A DNA stretch of 64,000 nucleotides from an uncultured Spirochaetota bacterium (GCA_963736785.1 CAVTQG010000030.1:7206-71205), one strand, 5' to 3'; counted from the stretch's first letter, positions 9,194 to 20,469 are shown. Program-made: numbers and translations. Notes: generated by a model not told the origin, from the letters alone.

Positions 9194-11673
9194 ATGAAGG
9201 TCGATGAACTGACGGTCACCGGCATGACCTGCGCGTCCTGCTCGGCCCGCGTGGAGAAGGTCGTGGGCAAGCTCGCCGGGGTCAAGAGCGCGAGCGTCAA
9301 CCTGGCCACGGAAAAGCTGAGCCTGGAGTACGACGAGGCGGTGCTCTCCGAGGAGCAGGTCGCCCAGGCCGTGCGAAAGCGGGGTACGGGATCGCTCCGA
9401 AGCAGGAGGCCAAAAGAGTCACCATCCCGGTGGAGGGCATGACCTGCGCCTCCTGCGTGGCCCGCATCGAGAAGGCGGTGGGCCGCCTGGAGGGCGTGGC
9501 GAGCGTGGCCGTGAACCTGGCCACCGAGCGGGCCGACGTGCTGTACGATCCGCAAACCGTGCGCCTCTCGGAGATCAAGCGCGCCATCACCGCGCTGGGC
9601 TACACCCCGCGGGAAATCGACGCCGGGGAGGCGGTGGATCTGGACGCCCAGCGCAAGCAGAAGGCCATCCGCACCCTGCGCACTCGCTTCATCGTGGCCG
9701 CCGCCGCCGCGCTGCCCCTGCTTTACCTGGCCATGGGGCACATGCTCCCCGGGGCGCGCCTGCCCCTGCCGTATTTCCTGGACCCGATGCAATACCCCCT
9801 GGTGTACGCCCTGGTCCAGCTCCTGCTGGTCATCCCGGCCATCGGCGCCGGCAGCCGCTTCTACAGCGTGGGGCTGAAGGCGCTGTGGCACCGCGCCCCG
9901 AACATGGATTCGCTGATCGCCATCGGCACCGCGGCGGCCGTGCTCTACAGCCTGGCCTCCACCGTGCGCATCGCCCTGGGAGACTTCGCGGCGGCCGGGG
10001 AGCTGTACTTCGAGACCGCGGCGGTGATCATCGCCCTGATCCTGCTGGGAAAGACGCTGGAGGCGGCCTCCAAAGGCAAGACTTCGCAGGCCATCAAGAA
10101 GCTGATGGGGCTGGCGCCCAAGACCGCCGTGATCCTGGTGGACGGCAAGGACACCGAGGTGCCCATCGCCGAGGTGGAAGTCGGCGACCTGGTGCGCGTC
10201 AAGCCGGGGGAGAAGATCCCCGTGGACGGGGAGGTGGTGGAGGGCTACACCGCGGTGGACGAATCCATGCTCACCGGGGAGAGCATCCCGGTGGAGAAGA
10301 AGGCCGGCGACCCGGTCACCGGGGCCAGCCTGAACAAGAACGGCTCCATCGTCTTCCGGGCCACCCGGGTCGGCGCCGACACGGCCCTGGCCCAGATCGT
10401 GAAGCTGGTCGAGCAGGCCCAGGGCTCCAAGGCCCCCATCGCCCAGCTGGCCGACGTGGTGTCCGGATACTTCGTGCCCATCGTCATGGGCATCGCCCTG
10501 CTGGCGGGCCTGGCCTGGCTGGTCACGCGGCGAGAGCGTGGTGTTCGGCCTGACCATCTTCACCGCCGTGCTGGTCATCGCCTGCCCCTGCGCCCTGGGG
10601 CTGGCCACCCCGACGGCCATCATGGTCGGCACCGGCCGGGGCGCGGAGAAGGGGATCCTGTTCAAGGGCGGAGCGGCCCTGGAGCAGACCCACCGCGTGC
10701 AGACGGTGGTGCTGGACAAGACGGGCACCCTGACCGAGGGCCGCCCGGTGGTGACCGACGTGGTGCCCGTCGACGGCATTGCCCCGGCGGAGCTGCTGCG
10801 CCTGGCGGCGGCCGCCGAGCGCGGTTCGGAGCACCCCCTGGGGGAGGCCATCGTGCGCGGGGCCGCCGAGCAGGGCCTGGCCGCCACCTCGGCCGACCGC
10901 TTCCAGGCCATCCCCGGCCGGGGCATCGAGGCCAGCATCGAAGGCCGGGAGGTGCTCCTGGGCAACGAGAGCCTCCTGACCGAGCGCGGCGTGGCGGTGG
11001 GGCCGCTGGCCGGGCGCTGGGCCGAGCTGGCCTCCGCCGGCAAGACCCCGATGTTCATCGCGGTGGGCGGGAAGGCGGCCGGGATCGTCGCGGTGGCCGA
11101 CCTGCCCAAGCCCTCCAGCGCGCGGGCGGTGCAGCACCCTGCGGGAGATGGGCCTGGAGGTGGTCATGCTCACCGGCGACAACCGCCGCACCGCCCAGGC
11201 CGTGGCCGCCGCGGTGGGGGTGGACCGGGTGCTGGCCGAGGTGCTGCCCAAGGACAAGGCGGAAGCGGTGAAGAGGCATCCAGGCCGAGGGCCGGCGGGT
11301 GGCCATGGTGGGCGACGGGATCAACGACGCGGCCGCCCTGGCCCAGGCGGACATCGGCATCGCCATCGGCTCGGGCACGGACGTGGCCATCGAGTCCGCG
11401 GACCTGGTGCTGATGCGCGACGACCTGGAGGACGTGCCCGCGGCCATCGCCCTGAGCCGGGCCACGATCCGCAACATCAGGCAGAACCTGTTCTGGGCCT
11501 TCGGCTACAACGTGCTGGGCATCCCGATCGCCGCGGGGCTGCTGCACGCCTTCGGCGGGCCTCTGCTCAACCCGATCTTCGCGGCGGCGGCCATGTCCAT
11601 GTCCTCCGTGTCCGTGGTGAGCAACGCGCTGCGCCTGCGGCGTTTCCGCTTCCGGCGGGGAAAGGGTGAGCGG
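9194..11673 (+). CDS. copA: Copper-translocating P1B-type ATPase (four frame breaks; no stop before csoR)
   Basis: Two HMA domains ([26 protein letters not shown]), [41 protein letters not shown]-type [10 protein letters not shown]. The gene is spread over track ORFs 9194, 9430, 10538, 11148 and 11299, with breaks near 9380, 10525, 11130 and 11275. Confidence 0.9.
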
Positions 11674-11949
11674 GTGGACCACGACAGTCAGGAAAGCCGC
11701 AAGGCCCTCGATCTGTTGAAGACCGTGCGCGGGCAGGTGGAAGCCGTCGTGCGCATGGTCGAGGAGGAGCGCTACTGCATCGACGTGTCCCGGCAGGTGC
11801 TGGCCGCCATCGCGCTGCTGCGCAAGGCCAACCTGCTGATCCTGCGCCAGCACATGAACACCTGCGTCAAGGACGCGATCCATTCGGACCGCGGCGCCGA
11901 GAAGATCGACGAGATCACCATGATTCTGGAAAAATATCTGGAGAGGTAA
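11674..11949 (+). CDS. csoR: CsoR-family copper-sensing repressor (in frame with copA; GTG start assumed)
   Basis: [55 protein letters not shown] carries the C..H..C ligand pattern of CsoR/DUF156. There is a candidate GTG at 11674 after GGGGAAAGGGTGAG. No stop codon separates it from copA in this sequence. Confidence 0.75.
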   Translation: MDHDSQESRKALDLLKTVRGQVEAVVRMVEEERYCIDVSRQVLAAIALLRKANLLILRQHMNTCVKDAIHSDRGAEKIDEITMILEKYLER

Positions 11950-11962
11950 GGAGAGAAACTTC

Positions 11963-12172
11963 ATGACCAGCAAGACGCTGAAAGTCGAAGGAATGAGCTG
12001 CCACCACTGCACGGAGGCCGTGACCCGGGCGGTCCGCGCCCTGGCGGGGGTGGAGCACGTGGAGGTCAGCCTGCAGAAGAAGTCCGCCGAGGTGCGCTAC
12101 GACGAGTCCGTCCTGGCCGAGGCGCAACTGGCGGCGGCCATCGAGGGGGAAGGCTACCAGGTCGTGCGCTGA
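11963..12172 (+). CDS. copZ: Copper chaperone (HMA domain)
   Basis: Intact 69-aa ORF: MTSKTLKVEGMSCHHCTEAVTRAVRALAGVEHVEV... (MxCxxC). Confidence 0.9.
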   Translation: MTSKTLKVEGMSCHHCTEAVTRAVRALAGVEHVEVSLQKKSAEVRYDESVLAEAQLAAAIEGEGYQVVR

Positions 12173-13767
12173 GCGGCCGGCTCCAGTTCGACGCGGCCGG
12201 AGCCCCGATAGCGGGCGTAGGGGTTGGCGAAGGCCCGCAGGCGCAGGAAGTGCTGGAGAAACAGGGTGTAGCGCAGGGGTGGGAGGAAGACGATGCTGCC
12301 CTGCCGCCCCGCGCTGCGGTACGAGACCTCCAGCTTGCAGTTGCTCTCCACCAGCACCGAGGTGAGCTCCCCGTAGGCGATACGCTTGGCGGGGGTCTTT
12401 CCGCCCTCGACCAGTAGTCCGTCGGTTTCCAGCACCAGGGCGCCGGCGCGCAGCCCGGCTACGCCGGCACGCTGGCGGCGCCCGTCCTCCAGGTCGACCA
12501 GCTCCCCGGCGATGCGCCTCCCGGCCGGCTCCAGGCCCTGAACCCAGGCCAGGTTCTGCTTCTCCAGCTCCGGCAGGCTGAAGACCCCGGCCGGACCGCG
12601 CAGCCCTTTTCCCTCCAGCAGCGTGAAGATGGTGCCGCAGGCCGCGCAGGCCAGGCGCCCGTCGTCGTACCCCCGGCAGCGGAAAGGCACCCCGCATTGA
12701 GGGCAGCGGTATACGAGCTGCTCGGCGTTGCGGGCCGGCTGCGGGCGGGCGAGGAAGCGGCGGCGCGCGTCCCACAGCCGTTCGCCGCGCAGCAGCTCCT
12801 GCACCAGCCTCCGGGCGTCCCCGGGCGGATGAACCCGGTAGCGGATCCGCAGCCGTGAACGGCGCAGCCGGCGGGAAAAGCGCGGCTGCTGCTCGAAAGT
12901 CCCGTACAGCTCCACGGTGACGATGGGCACCCGGCGCTTCTCCAGCACCTTGAAAACCGCCGGCTCGCAGGCCGTTTCCCCGTACCAGCTGCGCGCCCCC
13001 TCCGGGTACATGCCCACCGCCCCGCCGGAGTCCAGCAGCTGGAAGGCGGTCATGATCGGCCGTAGGTCCGGCCGGCTGCGCACCAGGGGGATGCATCCCA
13101 GGCTCTTGAAGTACAGACCGGTAAGCCATTGCCGGAACAATACGGCGGTGGCAATGTAGTTCACCTGTCGTCCGATGCGGAAGGCCATGAAGTAGGGGTC
13201 CATGTAGTTGCGGTGCAGCGCGATGAGGAAGAACGGGCCGCTGCGCGGCACCCTGGCCAGGCCCCGCAGCTCCAGGCCGCACCACAGGCGGTAGAATACG
13301 TAGATCAGGCGCAGCGACCAGAAATATATCGAAGGGATGAAGAAGCTCGTGCCGCGACGGTAGCGCTGGTACTGGCGGGTGAAGCGCCGCAGGAGAGCCG
13401 GCTCCTCGATGAAGCGGGCGTGCGCGGCCCACAGCAGGAAGGCCAGGGGACCGGAAGCGAGCAGGCAGCCGGGGCTGCCCAGCGCTAGGGCCGAACCCAG
13501 CAGGACGAGCTGGAAGCCGGCGGACAGCGGGTGGCGCATGACCTGATAGGGACCGCTTTCCGTTAGTTTGCCCGGCCCCGCGGCGGCCAGCTCCTGCGCC
13601 GTGCGGAACAGCACCAAAGCGCCCAGAGCTGCCGTCAGCGCCGCGAAGCCGGGCGCAGGCGGGAAGCGCCGGAAGCCGGCCAGCTCGTCCAGCTCCATTC
13701 CGGCGGCGAGCAGTCCGGCCCCCAGCAGGCAGCGCAGCAGGAACCATGGAACAAGCCTGACCAACAC
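12154..13767 (-). CDS. Fusion protein: ICMT/PEMT-like methyltransferase + PlsC acyltransferase + zinc ribbon + C-terminal domain
   Basis: Intact 537-aa ORF. The N-terminus has RHPLSAGFQLVLLG...ARFIEEPALLRRFTRQYQRYRRGTSFFIP (ICMT-type motif). The middle has ALHRNYMDPYF (HX4D) and GMYPEGARSW. These are followed by CPQCG...CAACG and the tail KLEVSYRSAGRQGSIVFLPP. Confidence 0.8.
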   Translation of the reverse strand: MLVRLVPWFLLRCLLGAGLLAAGMELDELAGFRRFPPAPGFAALTAALGALVLFRTAQELAAAGPGKLTESGPYQVMRHPLSAGFQLVLLGSALALGSPGCLLASGPLAFLLWAAHARFIEEPALLRRFTRQYQRYRRGTSFFIPSIYFWSLRLIYVFYRLWCGLELRGLARVPRSGPFFLIALHRNYMDPYFMAFRIGRQVNYIATAVLFRQWLTGLYFKSLGCIPLVRSRPDLRPIMTAFQLLDSGGAVGMYPEGARSWYGETACEPAVFKVLEKRRVPIVTVELYGTFEQQPRFSRRLRRSRLRIRYRVHPPGDARRLVQELLRGERLWDARRRFLARPQPARNAEQLVYRCPQCGVPFRCRGYDDGRLACAACGTIFTLLEGKGLRGPAGVFSLPELEKQNLAWVQGLEPAGRRIAGELVDLEDGRRQRAGVAGLRAGALVLETDGLLVEGGKTPAKRIAYGELTSVLVESNCKLEVSYRSAGRQGSIVFLPPLRYTLFLQHFLRLRAFANPYARYRGSGRVELEPAAQRTTW

Positions 13768-13818
13768 AGGCTGATACCGTATCGTTTGTACCCGCTGGCT
13801 GTAAAGGCACCCTCGAGC

Positions 13819-16251
13819 TCAGTCGACCGCGAGCACCTCCACCAGCGCGCGCCGCCAGGCCTCCGGCTCGGGAAACAGCTCCAGGTAGCGGCGCAGGCGG
13901 AAGCGCGGCCCGACCGTGAGCTCGGCGACCACGCCGTCCTCGGCCGCGCGCACGCACCCCCGACAGCAGCACCTTGCGCTTCAAGGCCCGAGCTCCCGGC
14001 TCCAGGCGCAGCTCCGCCCCGACGCGCCGGACGGTGGCCGGGGCGTGTTCCGCGGCCAGGTACTGCAGCAGGCGCTCCGCGGCCTGGGGGAAGAAGCGCT
14101 CGGGCAGGTACAGCCGCAGGCGGATCGTCGGCGATGGCCGGCGGCCGCGTCCGGCGGCCGCGAGCGCGACTTCCGCAGCGACGGCGGCCAGCGCCTCCGG
14201 GTCCCAGGCGGTGAGGGCGAACACGGAACGGCCGAACCAGGGGGGAAAGCGGTCCCGGGCGGCCCTTCGCCGGCGAACAGGGTTTCCCGGACCGCCAGCA
14301 GGTTCTCGGTCAGCGCAGGGTGCCGCGCCAGGAGCCGGCGCAGCATCCAGGCTTCCAGCCACTCCGGGGAGCTGCCCGCCGCCTCGCGCGGCACCTCCAG
14401 GACCGCGAACCGGCTTCAGGCGGGCCTTGCGCCGCATCAGCTCCGCCATCGCCGCCGGCGCATCGGCGGGCAGCCGGATCTTCACTGACGCCGGCGGGGG
14501 CCGGTCGCGCGGCGCCGGAGGCCAGGCTCTCCACGGCCCTGCGGTACTGCTCGTGGCGCGCCGCGGCCTCCACCGGGGTGCGCACGAAGCCCAGGGGGAA
14601 GGGGTAGTCCGCGGGCTTTTCGGCGGCCAGCTCCCGGGCGTCCAGCGGGTGGGCGCCTGAGCCATCGCGGACAGCAGCCTCCAGGCGGCGGCGGGCAGCT
14701 CCCGGTCGTAGCACAGCCCGGCCTCGGCCAGGGCCGCCAGCGGCTCGTGCAGCCAGTAGCCCCCGAGGGCCAGCACCTGGGAGGCGGCGTACTCCGGCCA
14801 GGAGGAGGCCAGCCGGAACTCGCCGACCGGTTCCACCGCCGCGCGCGCCTCCCGGACCAGGGGCTCCCAGTCGCGCTCCTCGAGGAACAGCCGGTCATGG
14901 GCCAGCGGGGTGAAGGGCATGCGCACCAGGCGGTTGAAGCTGAAGACCAGGCGCAGTCCGCGCTCGCGCTTCTCGCCCCGCAGCCAGCCCAGGAAAGGCC
15001 CGGAACTCCTCGAAGTCCTCGCGGTTCTTCGTAGCCCGTCAGCAGGTAGAACAGCTTGACCTCGCGCGCCCCACCGGCCAGCAGGCGCGCCAGGAGCTGC
15101 CGGACCGGGCTCTCCTCCAACCCTTTCTGCAGGTAGGCGCGCAGCCGCCGGCTGATGCCCTCGATGCCGAGGGTGTAGCTGCGCTTGCCCGCCGCCAGCT
15201 CCAGCTCCAGCAGGCCGGGGGTGTCGTTCAGGATGTCCGCGCGCTGGCTCATGAAGTTGACCTGGGCGAACAGGCGGTTAGCCTTCCAGCAGCAGCCGGG
15301 GCAGGTCGGGGTGGGTGTTCACGTTGAAGCTGGCCAGCTCCAGGGTGTGGGCCCCGCGTGGCAGCGCTTCAGGCGCCGGGCCTCCTCCAGCAGCTCGCCG
15401 GCGGGCATCGGGCGGTAGGGCCGGCGCTCGTAGCCTTCGAAGCAGAAGGAGCAGCGGAAGGGGCAGCCGTAGGAGAGGGTCAGGCGGGCCGTGGCGGCCT
15501 CCGGTCCGGGCAGCACGGGGTAGGGCGGCAGCGGTCGGCGGCGGCGGCGGAGCCGCCGAGCGGCGAGTAGACCGCCTGGCGGCCAGACCGCCTGGGTCAC
15601 CTCTCGCTCCAGGCTGCCCGCCGGCCAGAAGCCCCGCACCGCGGCCGCTGCTTCCAGGCGCGCCTTCTTGGGCTCGCCCGCGCCGCGCCGGCCAGGATGC
15701 GCACCAGGGCCTCCACCTCGCCCTCTCCCTCGCCGAAGAACAGGCCGTCGGCCAGGCAGTCCCCGTCCGGAAAGATCAGCCCCTGCGCGGCCATGGCGCT
15801 GGAGCCGCCGACGACCAGCAGCGGGAAGGACTCGCCGCGCTCGCTGGCCCGCAGCGGCACGCCGGCGCGGGACGAGCAGGTAGTACAGGTTGAGCAGCTC
15901 CAGGTGGTAGGAGCAGGAGGCGAGCAGCAGGTCGAAATCCTCCAGGGAGCGCCGCGAGGCGATGCCGGTGGCGGGGGGCACGCCGGAGGATTCCAGCAGG
16001 CGGCGGTCGGCCTCGGGGGGGAAGAAGCAGAAGTCCAGGAAGGCCCCGGGCTCCGCGGCGCGCACCGCCTGGGCCAGGAAGAGGTGCGGGGTGGAGCGGT
16101 CCACGTCCCGGAAGGGGGACAGGCGGAGCACCAGCACGCGCAAGGCGGCCTCCGCCCAGCCGGGGTTTCCCAGGCTCGGGCCGCAGGCGTAGAGCTCGGC
16201 CTGCCGCAGGCGGTGCCAGGTCCCGGCGAAAAAGGCTCCGTAGTCAGCCAT
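13819..16251 (-). CDS. Large radical SAM protein (TIGR03960-like core with DUF2344-like C-terminal extension; many frame breaks)
   Basis: MADYGAFFAGTWHRLRQAELYACGPS...LEDFDLLLASCSYHLELLNLYYLL...LTLSYGCPFRCSFCFEGYERRPYR (CX3CX2C) is in ORF 15319..16251. It continues in ORF 14482..15252 (NFMSQRADILNDTPGLLELELAAGKRSYTLGIEGISRRLR...KLFYLLTGYEEP) and in the N-terminus of ORF 11915..14926 (RMPFTPLAHDRLFLEERDWEPLVREARAAVEPVGEFRLASSWPEY...). My translation ends ...RFRLRRYLELFPEPEAWRRALVEVLAVD-stop at 13819. Family assignment is from memory. Confidence 0.7.
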
Positions 16252-16292
16252 GCGCGGGACTCCGGGGGATCAGGGCCTCCAGCGGCTCTCGG

Positions 16293-17085
16293 CTACAGCC
16301 GCAGGAAACCGAACACCAGGCCCGCGGCCGCCAGCAGGCTGAAGATCACCAGCACCAGCCCACGGCCGGCTGCCAGCGATACGCCCGGCTGGTCTTGTTC
16401 AGGCTGGAGGCGAAGTGCAGCGTCTCCACGTCGAATCCTTTTTCCCAGGTCAGCTCCAGGGCGGTCAGGAAGGCGGCGCCGACCAGCAGCGCCAGGGCCA
16501 GCACCCAGCCCGGGGCGCCGTGCAGGGCGCCGTTCGCGCGCAGGTAGGCGGCGGGCAGCTCCGAGCCGAAGAACTCGCCGGCCAGCAGGAACAGCGGCGC
16601 GTAGATCGACAGCTCGTGGGCGAACAGCAGGGCCGCCGCGGCCGCGGCGGGCAACACCCACAGCGCGTCGGGCCAGCTCAGGGGCACCAGCAGGAACAGC
16701 AGGGCCGCCGCGAGCGCGCGAGCCGCGCGCGGCGGCGCACCAGGCACCAGGTTCTGGGCGAGGCCGAACACGAACAGGGCGCTGGCCAGGCGGGCCAGGG
16801 TCAGGTACGGCTGGCCGGCGTGCGCCGAGGGGCAGGGAGTCGAACAGCGCCGGGAAGCGGCGGGAAGGCCGGCGGCCGCCAGGAAAGCCCGGAGGCCTGC
16901 AGGCTGAAGAAGGCGGCGCCCAGCAGCGCGCCGATCAGCGTGGGCAGCAGCACGGTCCGGGCGCGGAAGGCCCGGAAGCGCAGGAGGACGAAGGGGTTCA
17001 GCCCGCGCGGCAGCAGGAACCAGAGCAGGGGCAGGAGGGAGCCCAGCAGCGGCGGCAGCACCTGCGGCATGAAGTCCGGCTTCAC
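16293..17085 (-). CDS. Polytopic membrane protein, unknown family (frame-disrupted)
   Basis: GTG start at 17085 overlaps the upstream stop (GTGA). MKPDFMPQVLPPLLGSLLPLLWFLLPRGLNPFVLLRF... (ORF 16801..17085), ...LLFLLVPLSWPDALWVLPAAAAAALLFAHELSIYAPLFLLAGEFFG... (ORF 16346..16771), tail LVLVIFSLLAAAGLVFGFLRL (ORF 16293..16661). Confidence 0.45.
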
Positions 17086-18192
17086 AGGCCAGCAGGCTCA
17101 GGCCGGCGCTGCAGGCCCCAGGTCAGCAGCGCGAACAGGGCGATCATCCAGGCCAGCGGCTGCCCGCTGCGCCGTGGCGCGCCGCGGCCGCCGCTCGGGG
17201 TTCTTCTCCGCATTGCGCTTGAAGGACAGCAGCTTGTTGGCGAACCAGGAGCCCCCGGACCAGGCGGCCATGCCGCCGCCTTTCTCCAGCGGGGCCAGCT
17301 CGGCGGCGGGGATGGAGCAGACCAGGTACTGGGCGTCGGCGCCGGGAGGCCCGGGCTCCGTCCCGGGCGCTGAACACCAGGACCGGCTGGCGCAGGCGGG
17401 AGATCCGGCGATAGGGCGACAGCGTGGCGCATGGAGCCTGCTCGCCGCGGCGGTACAGCGGCGGAGGTGAGGCCCGGGGACAGCAGGCGCGCCAGGCCGC
17501 GCACGTGCGCGTCCGGCTGCGGCAGGCCCCAGCGCTCCGTGGCCAGGAGGCGCACCGCCTCGGCGGCCTTCTCGCGGGAGAGCTCTCCGCCGGCTCGTGC
17601 TCCAGAGATGCCGGAGGAGTCGCCGGCCAGCAGCGGGTCCAGCAGGATCAGGGAGGCGATGTCCCGCGGCCGGGCCTCCGCCAGGCGCAGCGCCAGGCGG
17701 CAGGAATCCAGGTGCCCGAGCAGGTGCACGCTGGTGGCCTTCAGCTTCAAGCGCAGCAGGTCCAGCGTGGCGCACAGCGGCTCCAGCAGGTCGTCCTGCG
17801 TCCGCGGCGGCGGGGTTGCGCTTCGAGCCGGGAAACTCCAGGTAGCACACCGGGAAATACTCCCGGAAGGAATCCAGCAGGTCGTGCATCACCTCGTGGC
17901 TGAAGGCGGGGTGGGCCTGCAGGGCCACGACCGGCGGGGTGCCGCCGCGGGCCCCGGTGATTTCCACCCACAGCGAACCCAGGCGCTCCCCGGCGCAGTC
18001 CAGGGCGCCGGGGACCAGGGCGTCGTACGCGCCGGCGGAGTCCTGGGGCCACAGCCGCCCCACCGCCAGGGTGAAGGAGTGCTGGCAGCGGCCGCAACGC
18101 AGCCGCGCGCTGCGCCCCCGCGGGAAGTGCGGAGGCACCCGCACCTGCCCGGCGAAGCCGCAGGAGGGACAGCGGAAGCGCATGGTGAGCAT
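17082..18192 (-). CDS. MJ0042-type zinc-ribbon protein fused to alpha/beta-hydrolase-like domain (frame-disrupted)
   Basis: MLTMRFRCPSCGFAGQVRVPPHFPRGRSARLRCGRCQHSFTL is followed by PPVVALQAHPAFSHEVMHDLLDSFREYFPVCYLEFPGS (ORF 17098..18219). Then comes LKATSVHLLGHLDSCRLALRLAEARPRDIASLILLDPLL (ORF 17082..17750) and a hydrophobic C-terminus LAWMIALFALLTW. Confidence 0.55.
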
Positions 18193-18257
18193 CTTGGGGG
18201 ATTTCCGCGGAATTGTCAAATCGGCCGCGACCCACTATCCTGGAGGTCAAGGCCGCG

Positions 18258-19172
18258 CATGAAGACGCTGGTGATCGTGAACCCGAAGGCCGGGAAAGCG
18301 GGTGTTCCTGAACCTCTACCTTCCTCAAGTGCTGCGGGTCCTGAAGCGCGGGGGGGTCGTCGTATCGGGTCCTGCAGACGCGCTACGAGGGGCACGCCAC
18401 CCGGATCGTGGCCCGCCTGCGCCACAAGGTGGACTTCATCACCGTGTTCGGGGGGGACGGCACCGTGCGGGAGGTGGTGAAGGGGCTGGGGGAAGAGCCG
18501 CTGCCGATCGGCATCATCCCCTTCGGCACGGTGAACGTGCTGGCCCTGGACCTGGGCATTCCCTTCAACCCGGTGCAGGCGGCCGCCGTCGGTGGTGGGC
18601 GGCAAGAAGCGGCGCATCGACGTCGGGTACATGAACGGCGAGCCGTTCCTGCTGATGGTTTCCACCGGCCTGGACGCCCTGACGGTGCACAACGTGGACC
18701 TGCGGACCAAGCGGGTGATCGGCCGCATCGCCTACCTGGTGTCGGCGCGTGGTCACCGTGGCTGACCTACCGGGCGCGGCGCGTCCGGATCCTGATCCCG
18801 GAAAGCGGCGTGTCCGACCGCGGCTACCTGGCCATCGTGGCCAACTCCCGCTTCTACGCGGGCCCCTACCGCATCGCCGACCAGACGCGCATCGACGACG
18901 GCCTGCTGGACGTGGTGCTGTACAAGCGGCGCTCGGTGGCGGCCATGCTGCGCCTGCTGGCCGGCATTCTCTTCAACCGCACGCGCTTCCTGCGGGACGT
19001 GGCCTACTACCGCTGCACGGAGGTGCGAGCTGAGCTCGCGCCGCCGGCAGAAGATGCAGATGGACGGGGACAAGGCCCCGAGCACCCCGGCGCGGGTCTG
19101 GGTGAAGAAGAGGCACTGAGCGTGCTGGTGCCGCGCCAGCGGGCCGCGGCCTTCACTCCCCGACGATCTTGA
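18258..19172 (+). CDS. Diacylglycerol-kinase-catalytic-domain lipid kinase (YegS/BmrU-like; frame-disrupted)
   Basis: [15 protein letters not shown].., ..[45 protein letters not shown].., ..[34 protein letters not shown]... Spread over track ORFs 17431.., 18302.. and 18408..19172. Confidence 0.7.
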
Positions 19173-19570
19173 CCAGGACCCGCTTGCGCCGCTTGCCGTC
19201 GAACTCGCCGTAGAAGATCCTCTCCCACGGCCCGAAGTCCAGCTTGCCCCCGGTCACGGCCACCACCACCTCCCGGCCCATGACGGTGCGCTTCAGGTGG
19301 GCGTCGGCGTTGTCCTCGTAGCCGTTGTGCCGGTAGCGCGAGTAGGGCTTTTCCGGGGCCAGCCCCTCCAGCCAGGTCTCGAAGTCCTGGTGCAGCCCGC
19401 TCTCGTCGTCGTTGATGAACACGCTGGCGGTGATGTGCATGGCGTTGACCAGCAGCGAGCCCCTCCCGGATGCCGCTCTCGGCCAGGGCCTGCTCGACCT
19501 GGGGGGTGATGTTCAGGAACTCGCGCCGCTTCCGGGTCTCGAAGGCCAGCTCTTTGCGGAAGCTCTTCAT
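19153..19570 (-). CDS. YjbQ/UPF0047-family protein (one frame break near 19450)
   Basis: [37 protein letters not shown] (ORF 19007..19570) joins [82 protein letters not shown] (ORF 19153..19440). Confidence 0.8.
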
Positions 19571-19660
19571 CGGAACACCTCGCCCCCGATGCCTAGGCGG
19601 GCGGCCGGGCGAGTGTCAACCGCGTAGGCTGGATGGCCGCGGGCCGGTTATAATGCTCCC

Positions 19661-20412
19661 ATGCCCGCCACCGACCTGCTGATCCTGTACGAGGACAACC
19701 ACCTCATCGCCGTGAACAAGCGGCCCGCGGACATCGTGCAGGGGGACAAGACCGGGGACCAGCCTCTGTCCGAGAAGGTCAGGGAATACATCAAGAGCAA
19801 GTACGCCAAGCCGGGCAGCGTGTTCGTCGGGGTGCCGCACCGCCTGGACCGGCCCACCAGCGGGGTGGTGCTGTTCGCCCGCACTTCCAAGGCCCTGGAG
19901 CGCCTGGCCCTGCTGTTCCGCGAGGGCGGGGTGGCCAAGAAGTACTGGGCCATGGTGCAGACCCGGCCGCCGCGCGACGAGGACACCCTGGTGCACTACC
20001 TGACCCGCAACGCCGAGCAGAACAAGAGCTACCTGGCCGACCAGCCCGGGCCCGGCGCCCGGGAGGCCCGCCTGCGCTACCGCCTGCTGCTGAGCCTGGA
20101 CCGCTACCACCTGCTGGAGGTGGAGATGCAGACCGGGCGGCACCACCAGATCCGGGCGCAGCTGGCCCGCATCGGCTGCCCGATCAAGGGCGACCTGAAA
20201 TACGGGGCCCGGCGCTCCAACCCCGGCGGCGGCATCCACCTGCACGCCCGGGAGGTCTCCTTCGTGCACCCGATCCGGCAGGTGCCCGTGCGGATCGTCG
20301 CCGACCCGCCCCCCGATCCCCTGTGGGACGAGGCCCTGCGGAGGCTGCGCGAGGCTCGGCAGATGGCGCTCCGGCGGGCGGCCTCCGGCCGGAGGCCACG
20401 GCCGAGGGATGA
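19661..20412 (+). CDS. RluA-family pseudouridine synthase (3' end undetermined)
   Basis: LILYEDNHLIAVNKRPADIVQGDKTGD...VGVPHRLDRPTSGVVLFARTSKA...YHLLEVEMQTGRHHQIRAQLARIGCPIKGDLKYG. The track ORF 19661..20848 never stops and runs into xdhA. The end at 20412 is the first stop in a neighbouring frame. Confidence 0.8.
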
Positions 20413-20469
20413 GGGGCGGCCACTTTCCCTGTACCCGGCACGGCCGGTGGGGTATACTGGCAGCCGGCC

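Noticed and set aside
11915-14926. Very long ORFs with Arg/Pro/Gly/Ala-rich, low-complexity translations. Examples are 11915..14926 (1003 aa), 9091..11109 (672 aa), 52807..55092 (761 aa), 25734..27521 (595 aa), 48305..50197 (630 aa) and 15697..17373 (558 aa).
   Set aside because: Each lies antisense to, or out of frame with, a gene that has clear family signatures (copA, glgP, putA, the binding protein/SDR, the radical SAM gene). High-GC DNA has few stop codons in off-frames, so these are shadow ORFs. Only the first about 90 aa of 11915..14926 is real, as a segment of the radical SAM protein.
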